Part shown: positions 11,200 through 23,685 of the stretch, in pieces
Layout: each line of letters starts with the position of its first letter
How positions within the stretch are numbered: position 1 is the first letter of the stretch
NCBI GenBank assembly: GCA_034780895.1
Contig: JAUZTB010000048.1
Span: forward strand, 14,055,718 to 14,119,717
Direction: 5' to 3'
Source: Rhynchobatus australiae
Lineage: Eukaryota
DNA length: 64,000 bases
The notes under the pieces: generated by a model
What the model saw: the letters and a program-made list of their open reading frames with translations, nothing else
Database searches by the model: none
Told to the model about the DNA's origin: nothing
Made by a program: the position numbers and the translations under genes

Positions 11200-12010
11200 C
11201 AACTCCCAGAGAGTTTTCAGAAACAGGTGTCGTACCTGGAGTTGTTTGAGCAACAATGTATTTACACATTTAGGTGTTCCAGAGCTCTCATTACTGAGGT
11301 ATGTGAGAAGACCTGGAGGTGCTCTTTTGTGCCTGACTGCTTCTCCAAGAATGTCATTGTCACATTAGCTCAGAACCTTCTGGCTACGGGATTATTTCAA
11401 TTGGTTGCCACAGATCTCTGCCATTTCTCCCTATTTTCTGCTTGCCTGTGCATTAGAGAGATCACCAAGGCACTGCACTTGTGAAGAAATCATTTCATCA
11501 ACTTTACTTTCAGTGAGGATCACATGGCATCTCAAGTTTTGGATTGGTCAGCGTTGCTGGTTTTCAGTGTTACTGGGCAGCTGTTGGCTGCATTCGTGCC
11601 ATAAGAAATGACCCAGAGCTTTTCATAAACAGGTAAAAAGTCTACACAGCCACCAATGTGCAGACTGATGTGGATCGCCAGAAGGATTTTCTAATGCTCA
11701 GTGCCATTGTGCCATCATGAGAGAATTAGCACTGCCAAACATTTCCAACATTCTCCACTGCCCTGTGGAATGGATCTGGGGATAAGGCATTCCACTTCTT
11801 GAATGGCTTCTCCCTTGAGCACCCTGTCCAACCACACCAGCTGAGCGCTGGTACAGCAAGAGCCACAGAGCAACAATGGGTAGTTGTGGAAATTACAAAA
11901 GGTCCAATGAAAATCCAGTGCTTGCATCGGTATGGTGCTGCCTTGCAATACGTGTCAAGCAGAAGTGCATACTTCTTTATCTGCTGCATAATCCTGCAAA
12001 CAGAAGAAAG
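11200..12010 (+). pseudogene. HARBI1-like (Harbinger DDE) transposase pseudogene
   Basis: Peptides across frameshifts: RVFRN, SYLELFEQQCIYTFR, ATGLFQLVATDLCHFSLFSACLCIREITKAL, ELFINR, LGDKAF, TPAERWYSKSHRAT, VVEITKGPMK, CLHRYGAALQY, CCIILQ. They match Harbinger transposase motifs (GDxGY, ExxYNxxHxxTR, FRCLDxSGGxLQY, CCxLHN). Confidence 0.85.
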
Positions 12011-12519
12011 CAGCAATGCTGGAGGAGGAGCAGCATGGAAACCCTGAGCCTGAGGGCAATGAGGCAGAGCCTCAGGAGTAGCAGGAGTAAGAGATGCTAC
12101 AGGTAGAAGCTAGACACTGGGGAATGTACCTGCTTAGGTCCACAGCCCATGTCCCAGCTGAGCAACGGAGGTGGGCATCATCTGCACTGGGTACAAGGGA
12201 CTTGTTGTTGTAGAGTGGTGCTTTTCAAAATGAGCTTATCAAAGCTAAGTCCCCAAAGCAAGCCAGGTAACCCTCTCCACAGTCAATGCTTCTTCTTAGG
12301 CAGCCTGTCTGAATCGAGAAGGACTCAGTGCTGCAATCGTTAGCAACAACACAGAATACCAATAATTAGGTGGGGAAGCTTAATGACACTCAGAACTCAT
12401 TCAAATGCTACTTTGGGGATCCAACTACACTGATCTTTATACATCAATAAACAAATCGTGATGCATTTGCTGAAAAGGCTTCCTACACCTGTTTCTGATG
12501 GTCTGCAAATGACCATAAT

Positions 12520-12768
12520 GTATTTTGTGAGGATGTGGTTTATTTCTGTATTGTTCCACTGGGGAGATTTCCACAATGGGAGAAGACAGCTAAAGCGCAT
12601 CCTGCTCGGTTCTTCTTATGTGAGCCCAAGCAGGTGTCCTGCCACCTCACCCTCAACCCTGGCATGCAGGACCACTTTCCTGACATTTACTTCACCATTG
12701 AGGATATCATGCTGTCTTTCACAAAATTTAGCCCCCCCCACCCCCTTTCCTGCAGCCTCTAATTCCAT
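12520..12768 (-). pseudogene. Myb/SANT-like DNA-binding protein remnant of the Harbinger element
   Basis: ATG at 12768 (-) opens MELEAAGKGVGGAKFCERQHDILNGEVNVRKVVL, fitting the 'xxFSExExxxLxxEVxxRxxVL' start of Harbinger Myb/SANT ORFs; a premature stop follows. Confidence 0.55.
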
Positions 12769-13169
12769 GGCAGCTATAGTGTCTGCCTGCCATAGGGACT
12801 GTGCCTTTAAGGACTGATTCTGGCCAAAGGGAATGCACCTTCGAAGTTTGATGCACTTTGATTGGTGTATAGCAAATACTTGGAAGCTGTGTACAACTGT
12901 TTACACCCAGAACTATACAGGTCCCATCTTATTGCTGGTTCTGGGTGTAAGTTACCTCAGTGCTGTTTCCAACATGCTTTTGGCCAAGTTCACAAATTTT
13001 TTAGCAGGCAACCCAACCTGATGTTAGTGTTCCATCCAGTGATGATTTAGTGCACCAAAAGTAGGTGAAACTCAATTTCTAGGCACTAATATTTCCATTT
13101 ACAAGTAGTAGCTAGCAATCTGTTTCACATATGTCCCATTTTTTCATTTGTTTTTTCACAAGATGACAA

Positions 13170-13830
13170 GATAAATACAGACGAGGGTTGCTGTTTGGAC
13201 TATCCTAGCTCATGTGTGCAGAAAAAACAGCAGGCCTTTCCAGCCTCTCACTCTCAGCTTCTGAACCCAGGACTTTTCTAACTTTGTTCTTTGAATGCAA
13301 AGGCCCTCTCCCCATCCTGGCATCAGTTTCTTTACCGTGATTAGCCTATATACAATTAATGAATTATCTCATTTTGAATAGTGTTCTAGATCTATCCTGT
13401 GTACAAAATTTCTGTATACCTCTGTAAAAAGATGTCTTCTTTTTCATCACCTTTCACAGTTAAGTAATCATAGGCTTTCCACTCTTTCCTCATAACTCTT
13501 ATACTTTTTCCATGTCTTGAATATTTCCATTCTGTCTGTGACCAAATCTGAGCACAAAATTTGGCACAGTGTGACCTGTGAATTATACAGTTTAAACATG
13601 ACAAGCTCTGTCTTTACAGTAGTAATAATGTTCAACACTCTACTTTCTGTATTCAGTTGCTGATTGGCAATAATCTAATGGACTTGTTAAGTGACAAGTC
13701 AACTGTGATTCCAAGATCTTTCCCAAATATACCAGTTAACTTTAACATAAGCTACATTTTATCAGTTTTTCTGAGTAATATTTATTCTTTCCATTTCTCT
13801 GTATCAAACTTCTTGTCACTGTTGCATTAA
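13170..13830 (-). mobile_element. Old CR1 LINE 3' fragment
   Basis: Minus strand gives AKFCAQIWSQ, a degenerate LEYCVQFWSP; tail-like sequence near 13180-13260. Confidence 0.45.
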
Positions 13831-14310
13831 TTTGTAGGTTCTATGCATTTTTAGGAGATCCTGACTGTAGCCTCTTCTCCAGTAACATTGCTTAAATTCC
13901 TGGTGAGAATATTAAATAGTTAGTAGAAAGAATTTCAAAGGCAAAATAGTACACACGGATACAATATAGTACATTAAGTACTCTGTATGGATTTTAATTT
14001 CTGCATGTATAAATTTAATTATTTTATNNNNNNNNNNNNNNNNNNNNNNNNNNNNNNNNNNNNNNNNNNNNNNNNNNNNNNNNNNNNNNNNNNNNNNNNN
14101 NNNNNNNNNNNNNNNNNNNNNNNNNNNNNNNNNNNNNNNNNNNNNNNNNNNNNNNNNNNNNNNNNNNNNNNNNNNNNNNNNNNNNNNNNNNNNNNNNNNN
14201 NNNNNNNNNNNNNNNNNNNNNNNNNNNNNNNNNNNNNNNNNNNNNNNNNNNNNNNNNNNNNNNNNNNNNNNNNNNNNNNNNNNNNNNNNNNNNNNNNNNN
14301 NNNNNNNNNN

Positions 14311-14465
14311 CTTAAGCCTCTCCTCATATTCCATACACTCTAATCCAGGCAGCATCCTGGTAAATCTCCTCTGCACCCTCTCTAATGTCTCCACGTCCTT
14401 CCTATAATGCGGTGACCAGAACTGAACACAGTACTCTAGGTGTGGTCTAACCAGAGTTTTGTACT
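14311..14465 (-). mobile_element. CR1 LINE ORF2 C-terminal fragment (3' end lies in the gap)
   Basis: LEYCVQFWSPHYRKDVETLERVQRRFTRMLPGLECMEYEERLK. Confidence 0.92.
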
Positions 14466-14699
14466 GGCTAATGAAAAAATATAGATTGGCCTAACACTGG
14501 AAGGACCATTGTTGGACTTAGCTTCACTTCCCATTCTTGCAATATCATCTCTGGAGTCCCCAAATAAACAAATTCATTATCCTCTCTTTCTACCCTTTGT
14601 TGAAATGATCTAAAAGCAAGGGGGAAAGAAGCAGCTAGCTTTTGCTTTATGGTGGTAAAATTCAGGTCTACTGTTCCATTTCTTCTCTCACTCTTGGGA

Positions 14700-15400
14700 T
14701 TTCTCCATATTGTCAAACTGCCTGTTTGTTGATCAGTTTTCACTGGAAAGAATGAAGTCATTATCCTTAGCTTCCATCACTATTGTGTCAAGCTGCTCAC
14801 AGTCTTTGTTGACTTGGAGCTTCATTCTGATCGCCACCTCCTTCCTTTTTGGTTATATCACTGGCTCAATCACTAATTCACCTGCTTTGTCACCTCTGAA
14901 CATAAACCTTCCAAATTACACCAAGCAGTTCTTCTGTGCTCTATCTTTATTCCAAATTTTGCTTCCTCTGACAAAGAATCTTCAACCTAAAATGCTAACT
15001 CTGTTTCTCTTTCCACAGATGCTGCCGTACCTGTGAGTGTTTCCAGCATTTTTTGCTTTTATTTGCTTCCTCCTAGTACTGCACAGTCACCATGCTCACA
15101 GATCCACACAGACACGGCCCACTGTTTAAAAATCTCAAATCCTTGTGCCGAATATCTCCACAGACTCATCTCACTCAACTCTCTAATTTCCTGTTGCATT
15201 TTAACTTTATACTCGTTGAAGTTTCCATTGCTCTGGCACCTTGCCATTCACCTCTCTCCATACTCTGCTTCTGGTAATGCCCACAGCATGCTAGGTTCCG
15301 CTGATTAGAATATGTTCCAAAGCCTTTCTATCTCTTCTTTCCATTTCCTTCTTATAAAGACACTCATTAAAATCCACTACTTTTGTAGCATTTGGTTGTA
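14700..15400 (+). mobile_element. Decayed L2-type LINE 3' region, interrupted at ~14960-15065
   Basis: tttaaaaatctcaaatccttgtg and aagacactcattaaaatccactac...gcatttgg resemble the L2 C-terminal FKILILV and FKTLLKTYLFxxAF motifs. Confidence 0.5.
14960..15065 (+). mobile_element. Penelope-type terminal repeat (family 1) with a decayed hammerhead motif
   Basis: ctgacaaagaatcttcaacctaaaatgctaactctgtttctctttccacagatgctgcc...ttccagcatttt is the reverse complement of the repeat at 21590-21690. Confidence 0.75.
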
Positions 15401-17614
15401 TCTCTCTAATATCTTCAGCCTTTACCCAGAATTTGTATTTTCTAATATCTATAAATTCTTGAGATGCTACATTAGAGAAATGGAAGCTGTTTTCCTTTTT
15501 GTCAACCACAGAGATAAAATTAAATGTATTAAAGGTATTGATGAATTTTCCACAGACAAAGTGATAGTATTTTTTCCCCAGTGTTGCACTATATGGGCTA
15601 ACTCCCTAATCATGCACCTGGCCAAGAACCATGCTCACAAATGAATGCTCATCAGGAAATCTTGCTCCACTGATCCATCTGTTTCAATGAGTGTCAGAAA
15701 AATTGGGCTGTGGGTCCAGAGCTTCCCATACAGCCCCTACCCTTGGCAGATGGGCAATTTACAGGGAAGAAAATGCCATTTCTCGCCAGGGCACCCAGTC
15801 ATGGAAATCAGCTGTGCAGTATTTATACATAATGTCTTGTGATGTACGCAATCACAACTGAGTTCAACTGGAAGCATTTAAAATCAAAGCCACCAGCCCT
15901 TTTGAAGAATAGCTCATACTCTCTCACTAAGTATTATACATCTAATCTTGTTTTCACAATATGTTTTTAAATAGTGGGTCTAGCTTCTGCACTAGATTTA
16001 TCCCGATCTATAGCTTATAAAGAACAGGATTTAGTTGTGTTTTTTCCTATGTGACTGAGAAAGAGGTAATGTGCAAGATTTAAGGCTCAAGAATTTACAG
16101 CATCTTCTGACGTACCATACCGATTTAGCAATACAGCACAGCACTCTTTTTATGTCGATTATTGATGTTCCACAGTGATTTGACATGTTACATGCCAAGT
16201 CTGTTTTCACTCCGAGGTTTGAATAATTTCCTCAAAGCACATTAAAGTTAACTGTGTTAAAATACTGTCTAATTCTGTGCAGCAACCTGGCAACTATAAA
16301 TTATTCTGGTATATGAAATGTCTTAACATTAGTCTGTAGAAAATTATAGTTAGATAAATTCTGTTATAATTGATTTATTAACTGAATTCTCATGTCTTAA
16401 TTTTATTTCCCTGAAAGTGTAAGGTTTAGTAATCTTTATCAAGATACTCTTATGCTTTTCTGACCTCTGTTCTAATAATTATTAAACTCAATCTCAATGC
16501 TTGCTAATGAGGTTTCAAAGCACATTTGGCAATTTTGTTGATCAGAATAACAATATTTACAGAGCTTCCTGACATGGTCTGCATGCCTTAGGAAACAGAA
16601 ATGGAGAACAGCAACAGCAAAAAAAAAGCTAATTCTAAAGCATCTTAACCAGGCGGAGATCCAAAAATGTCAAGTTCTGGAACCCAAGCTTTGTGCTTCT
16701 ATTTAACTGCAAAGTTGATGGATTTTTGACAGGTTTATAGCTGACAAGTTCCATGGCTAGTCAAGCAGTGCAATTATGTTTGAGTTAATTTGATATAATC
16801 AAGTTGATGTTATGCAGTCCCAGTTGACTCAGGCAGTGTATGTAGTCAATTTTCTGCTGGAGGTTATAAATAAGAATTGAAATTTTAGCTAATCCCATCA
16901 CAGTAAAAAAAACATCTTGCATATTGGTTTCTCTCAAGTTTATTGTGCTTTCTAAAATAATGCTGAAAAAAGGCAGGTAATACCTCAGGTAGGCTGATCA
17001 TTCACAAATAAGGAGAGGAACATTTAGCTAGTAGCACAGTACTTGTTTTGAAATGTTTCTTTTAGTGTAGTTAGACCGGCAGGGGCTGTCTCTTTTCTGA
17101 ACTGAGCTGAACATGCATGCTTAAGAAAGCATGTCATGGGAACAAGCTTTGGGGAGTCTGGTTGCTGCAGTCTACACTGCCTTTCCAGATGTGCTCAGTA
17201 CTAATGCATTAACTAGCAGCAGGGAGTTTGGGTTGATGTAGGTTTCACTGTGTTTAAATCCACAGGATAAGTTTTGCTTAGAAATATGTTTATGACCCTG
17301 ATCATATATTGAACAATCACAGAAAAACAACTCTACTTTCCATACAAAAATTAAACATCTTCCCCCTCCTGTGGCTCTCATTATAACATATACACTCTCT
17401 GGGCAAGGAGGACTTGACCTAGAAGTAGGTCAGCAGCTTCTGACAAGGCCAAAAACAGGCAGGGGGCACTATAAGGGCAAGAATCAGAATTCAACTTTAC
17501 TTTACTACTGTGGAAATTCTATTCTGAAATGTTAATAATTCTTTGGTTCTGTTGTAGCTTGCAGTAATTGGAAGAAAATTACTTGTATGTTAAAATAGAC
17601 AGCAGGACTTCACA

Positions 17615-17820
17615 AAGAATCATGGAATCATAGAGAAAAAAAATGGGCCCCTTTGGCCCACCTCATTCATGCCACTATAATGCCTGTCTACGCTAATCCC
17701 ATTTGTCTGCATTAGGCCTGTATCTCTCTGTGCTTTTCCTATCCAAGTACCTGTCCAATGCTTGTTAAATGTTGTAATTGTATCTGCATGCACCACCTTT
17801 TCTAGTAGCTTGTTCCAAAA
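17615..17820 (-). mobile_element. CR1 LINE 3' end
   Basis: gaatcatggaatcatagag tail; ggcccctttggccca hairpin; ttaaatgttgtaattgtatctgc. Confidence 0.8.
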
Positions 17821-18209
17821 CTATACATTTCCTGCTTCAAACTAGATAATAGTAGGTTCTTACAGAGAAAATACCCTCAGAATGTGATTCAGCTCAAGGG
17901 GACCATATTTTGATTTATTGCATGACCCTGCCTCCCAAACCTTGTAAACTTTTGGAGCAACACCACAAGAGTAAGGTGAAGTATGTTTTGAACAGTCAAT
18001 TTATATCCAGTGAGAATTACATCAAACTGTGCATTTTTTTAATTTGCAGTCCAGAAGCACCCATTAAGTGAAAAGACAATCTAAAGAAATCAGTTGCTAA
18101 TCAGTTGCAATTATGTGAACCCTGATGGTCTCATTTCAGAATGCTGCAGGTCTTCTTCCATAGCCTTTTCAGCAATTGCCCATACTGAAATAGATCTAGA
18201 TTGACTCTT

Positions 18210-18505
18210 TGATTGAGTGCTAAGGGCCTGCTGTGCTGTCTGAGGTGCCTTCTCTCAAAAAGAATATGAAACCAAGTTTCCATCTGCTCTCTGAGATGGA
18301 TGCAATAGATTGCACGGTAACCATTTTGAAGAAAAGCATGAGAGTTCTCCCATTAACATGACCATTATTTATCCTCAACCAAAAATCACGAAACAGATCA
18401 TGCTCTGTTTGTGGGATCTCATTGTCTGCAAGTCGTTTTTTCTATATTACAACAGTGCCCACACTTCATAAGTACTTTGGGGCATTTAAAGGCTCTGAAA
18501 GTTAG
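18210..18505 (+). mobile_element. Deu-domain SINE (AmnSINE1/SINE3-related), decayed
   Basis: ctgtctgaggtgcc...ttttgaagaaaagcatgagagttctccc...tatttatcctcaacc...ctgtttgtgggatct...attacaacagtg..cacttcataagtactt follows the Deu-domain consensus. Confidence 0.75.
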
Positions 18506-21500
18506 AAGTGCGTANNNNNNNNGTAGTGCTTTTTTGGTTAAAGGTTTGTGTACATTTTACTTTCTGACTAAACCCAAAAAATTAAAATGTCCTGTTTTTT
18601 CCAAAGAATTAATTGTCATTTTAAATTTGATACTAGTATGGAACTAAAACTTTATTTTCAAACTGGGGTCTCTGGATGTCTGCAGATCTGCTTTCAGATT
18701 TTTACGTTGGTTGATTACAAATGGATTATTTCTGCTGTGGTTAAGTAATAAAATCTCTCCTGTAGTGATAGCGTTGATCTCCTTTTAGTTGGAGGGCCTT
18801 CTCTTTAGGAAGGAGATCCTCAGAAGTGAATCCTGCACATGGCAGACCTTTGAAAGTATTTGTCTGAATTAAAAGGACATGGATGTTATTCACTAAAACT
18901 GCCACAATTTTTATGTTCAATCTCAGGAGTATTATAACCCAGCAGCAAAAGGGACTGCTTTTGAGGAAAGTGCTCGTTTCCTTTTATATTAACATGTTAT
19001 TGTCTAGATTCAAAGCCACACAAGCTTTCNNNNNNNNNNNNNNNNNNNNNNNNNNNNNNNNNNNNNNNNNNNNNNNNNNNNNNNNNNNNNNNNNNNNNNN
19101 NNNNNNNNNNNNNNNNNNNNNNNNNNNNNNNNNNNNNNNNNNNNNNNNNNNNNNNNNNNACACAGACGCATGCGTGCGCGCATGCACACACCCACACAAC
19201 CAATACCAATACCAAAAACAAGGCTTAAGCTGTCTCACATAATAAGCCAATGTTAAACATTTCAGAATCAATGTTTAAAAGTCATAGATTGCACCTGTGT
19301 TTGTAAAATATTTATTTACACCTTGTTTTTGCTGTTATAAGTCCCATTGGATGTGACACATGCTGCAGGTTAATTTTTTTTCTTTATTTTCAAAACTCAT
19401 TGACAAGTCCATCTCAGTGTACAAACTCTGGTGTAGTTGTGTAAAGCTTGACAGTAAAATCTCATTGTTGCTAAGTTTCAAAAAAATGTTCTTCTTGATG
19501 CCTTGACTGCCTTCACCAGTCATTCACTCCAGATGTCTATGATTCTGGCAAGTGATAAAAGAAGGTACCTATTACGTGGCAGACATTTTTTGCATTTTTA
19601 ATTAGAAAATTGTAACTGATAGCATTGCAAGCATGTAATAAGGTTGAAATCGTGTCGGGTTAAATTAAATCCTGCTTTCCTCAATATAAGTGCATGGTGC
19701 ATCAAATTTAATCCACAAAGATAACATGTTCATTCCTGATGTGTGTTTTTCTTTCAAGTTGTCTTCTCTGATGCATGTGAACTGTTTGAGTCAACCGCAA
19801 GCATTATTTCTATTTGTGAAAGCAGGCAAAAGTGGCAGCTTGTAAATGCTGTTGAGTTAATTTGATGTGCATCAAAATAAAGTTGACTCCAGTTTGAAAT
19901 TGACTTGTGTCATGCGTGTAAATGTGGTGCATGTCAATACGTGTTTTTGTTTACCTGACTACCATTTTGTTGGAGTATTCCAGGAGTAAAATCAAATTTG
20001 TCACATCTGAATCCAGGGTTCTGATTGCTTAGCAGTTAAAGCACTCATTTTAAAAGGCCTTTCCTCATCCAATTTAAATGAAGAGTTGAAACATTACCAA
20101 ACATAGAAGTTAAGCATGCACAGAACTAAGAAGGAAACATTTGCAGAATTTAATTATTTTTTTAAACAAATTGAAATAAATAAATACAATCTGCAGAATA
20201 AAATCATTGTTAATAAATACCAGTTTTTCTCTAATTATTTTTTGAAAGGGATTTCCTGTGTTTGGGAAAATGAAGGCTGTCTATGACAGTTTGTTGAAGA
20301 ATGCCCTGGGTTAAGATTGAGTAATGAAGATGTGTGGATAGATAAGTACTCTGGAGTTTCAATAGCCTTTGGGGATTGGGGAGTAAGTTGTACAGGAGTT
20401 TCATGTAGAGTAGATAAATTGGGTAGACTGTAAATGTCCTTGGTCAGGGTTGGATGGTGAAAATCTGCAGAAGTGGAAAATATTGCAGAATCTTGATTGC
20501 TTTGATCTTTACTCAGTTAAACAAATGGAACTGCATCTGGTATTGGATATGTTATAACCAATCTATGAAAGGAGCAGCCTTTGTGGGTCAAAGCATTTGT
20601 GTTTAAGTTTTATAATGGATTTCAAATTGTGGATTGGAAAATAATTTTACCAAATTATTATCCAACACTCATGAGTCAGTCAGACGGTGTTATGTGGGTG
20701 CCCTTTTGCAGGTTATTCTGCACCCATTAGTGACTCTATTGAAACTTCCTTTTTTTTTGCATGACTAACTTTGACAGGACCTTTTTACCCATAATCCTGC
20801 ATGGATTTGGATCCTGATTCTACCTGTTAAAGCCCGTCATTTACTGATCCAGACATTTCGAATTCTGTGTACAAGCAAAGCAGTCAATATAATTGAAATG
20901 TGTTATTGCACTATTTCATAAAGGGAATAGCCTAAGTTCCTAACATATGTTTAAAATGAGAGTGGGAAGTTTTTTGTAGTCACAATGCATCATGACCTGG
21001 GAAACCTTTTAAATACATGCATGATGGCTACACCTACTAGAACAATCCTTTGCCAATTACACTTTTTAAAAGGACATTATATATTAAGTGAAGTATCTTG
21101 TGAGATATTTATCAAAACTGTGCACATAATATGATTGACACAATGATGTAGAGTGTAATTTGTATGATCTACAGGGATATGGGAAAAGAACATGGGAATG
21201 GGATTAGACAGCTACAGCTGAAGAGCTGGAATTGGCACAGGCACAAAGAGGCACCATCTGTGCTGTGATTTCTGTGATGAATCTTAAGGCCTGGTTCTGC
21301 AACATGATGGCCCTGGTGCAGAGCAGAAGAAGTATGGATAGTTGGCCAAGATTGCATGATTGTAAAGCCATTTACAGATAGAACTAAATTAGAAATGTAA
21401 CAATAAGAGTAGGTTATTGAGCCTCTAAACCTATTCTGTCATTTAGTGACATGCCACAGATCTATGAGCTAATTCCATAAACCCACCTTGTCCCTAGGAA

Positions 21501-21585
21501 ATAGATGAGGAATATGTTAATGACATTAGTCTTCAAAGATTTATGAATCTTGGATTTATAATTAACATCTGATTTAACATCAGTT

Positions 21586-21690
21586 ATAAAATAAAAACAG
21601 AAATGCTGGAAATACTCAGCAGGTTAGGCTGCATCTGTGGAAATAGAAACAGAGTTAATGTTTCAGGTTGAAGACCCTTTGTCAGAAAAT
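21586..21690 (-). mobile_element. Penelope-type terminal repeat (family 1) with hammerhead motif
   Basis: aaatgctggaaatactcagcagg...catctgtgg...gagttaatgtttcaggttgaagaccctttgtcag; minus strand reads CTGACAA-AGGGTCTTCAACCT-GAAA-CATT-AAC. Confidence 0.8.
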
Positions 21691-23381
21691 GATTTTCAAT
21701 TTTGTTTTGTTTTCATTTTTTTGATTTTCATTAACATCAATTATCATTGGTGGAAGAGGGCAGATTTATGGATATATAACAAAATGAAGCCATTTAATAT
21801 TCTAAATGAAAATAGCTAGGTAAAAAGAGTATCTGTGATCTTACATGGAGATAGAATGCAGGTAGTGCAGTTGATGTTGGTGGTCATGAAAAAGCAAAGT
21901 CTCCCTTGTTTCTCACTTGTGATTGCTAACTATCATCCTTAGCTGAAAACTGCACATATGTATTATGGCATGATCAGATTTGGGGTCAGGAGTAATAATT
22001 TCTGCCACAGAAAAACCTAGCAATCACCACCAAATGTTTCATGTGACAAAGGGCCCCTTGAACATAGTGCACTGCAACAGTACAACATGGAGTCAGAGGA
22101 AGTGGGAAAGATTAGCTGCAAAACCATTTTGGACAGTTCATCTCAACTTGCTGGGGTTGAAGTCATCTTCTTGGTCAAGTCCAAGGATCCTCAGTTAAAT
22201 TAGGCTTTGCAAAGCATCCAAAATCGCAAGAGTACACCTTCAAGCATGTTTTGGCATTCTCATCTGGGGTTGAAAGGATGATCAAACAGTTGGAGGGAGT
22301 TACTAAAAGTTTTTAAAAATCCATTTTGGCTTTAAATATTTTTGTTAGAAATGATAGGTTCTGCTAACATCAACTGTGGAGACAATCTGCAAAGGATAAC
22401 TAAATCCAGCAGTGAGCAAAAAGACTAATGTATATTGAAATGAAATGGTACAATTGCATAAGCACCTAGTTTATGGCTATATCTCTCCTGGTATTAATCC
22501 AGTTGTCTCATGCTGTCAAGTTCAGTAACTCCTCCAGATTACTATTCTCCCAGTGGTGTCATCAGGTTTTCCAGCAGAAGACATTTTTTTTAAGTGCAGG
22601 AATAGACAGAAGGATGTTGATATCCATCACCAATATCTTAATTTGCTTCAGTGTAAGAGATATCTGGTTGTAATTGTTGACAGAACATTGGAAGTTTTCC
22701 ACAATGTAGGAAAAGGTAAATAACTCTTGGATTCTATCAAGCAGTTTCCTAATCCAAGTGTGAGAAAGGAATCAATTCTGCTAGCTTTCACTAACATAGG
22801 GTGAATTATTTTATCCTACTGATCAACCAAGTAACTTAGCAGTAGAATGCTTTACAGGAAGTGAAAATTATGCTCTATTTTGGATCATTGGGTTAAGAAA
22901 GGCTTTCCTTGCTGGGGAGAAGCAAGCTAGAGAAGAATAATGAAGGAAATCAATGAAGGGGCTGTGAGGGATATTCTTTACAATTGTGGATAGAACTCAG
23001 AACTCTGGGAACATTTAGGTTATAACCCATTGGCTCACTATTTCCTGACTTCTTCTTGCATATGCTGTTGTTGCCAGAGGCATCTGATTGGGTAATAATC
23101 GCCTTGCATAATTTGTCAGTGTACAGAGCAAACTACCAGCAGGTTCACTGTAGAGATATGAATGAACATATTACAGTTTTCAACAAAGTGAGACATAGGA
23201 GTTTATCGAGGGACAAAATTGATCAGATTTAGTACTGAAATGTTAGACTAGGAGATCACAGTGAAATTCAGACCATGAACCCATATCAATCAGTCAGCAT
23301 TGAGATGTAATACCTGAACATCCCTGATTTTAAAACAAATATAATCATTTATATTGATACTTACAGTATGCTTTCCAAGTG

Positions 23382-23685
23382 CAGCCCATCCCTGGGTTAC
23401 AAACACCCAATTTGTGGATACCCCTACATAAGAATGAGCTCCTATAATATTACTAAATTCAAAAGTCTGACATATGTTTGATTCTATGAACAGCAGAGCT
23501 AGTTTTCTCTCTTTCCACTTATCACAATTATTCTTTCTCTGATGTGCTTTTGATGCCATTCATTGCAATACTGTAGAGGAATGGTTAGCATCTCGAGTGA
23601 TTTTTATGTATTTTCTGAGTTATGGACAAAATTGACTAATGGACGTCTGTAAAAACGGAATCTGTTCATTAACCGGGTTGGCCTG
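23382..23685. mobile_element. Tigger/pogo-like (Tc1-mariner) MITE
   Basis: Imperfect terminal inverted repeats: cagcccatccctgggttacaaaca versus the right-end reverse complement caggccaacccggttaatgaaca; TA immediately 3'. Confidence 0.55.

Larger units (their letters stand above)
10880..13085. mobile_element. Fossil PIF/Harbinger DNA transposon (left end uncertain)
   Basis: Contains a transposase remnant (+) and a convergent Myb/SANT-like remnant (-). The right arm 12765-13085 is homologous to 45357-45642, and the similarity ends at aatttctaggc. Confidence 0.75.

Noticed and set aside
11086-12047. Functional domesticated HARBI1 gene
   Set aside because: Multiple stops and frameshifts and degenerate catalytic motifs; it sits within transposon arms.
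19160-19198. Alternating purine-pyrimidine (Z-DNA / NRF1-like) tract
   Set aside because: It is the degenerate edge of a CA-type microsatellite next to a gap; no evidence of function.
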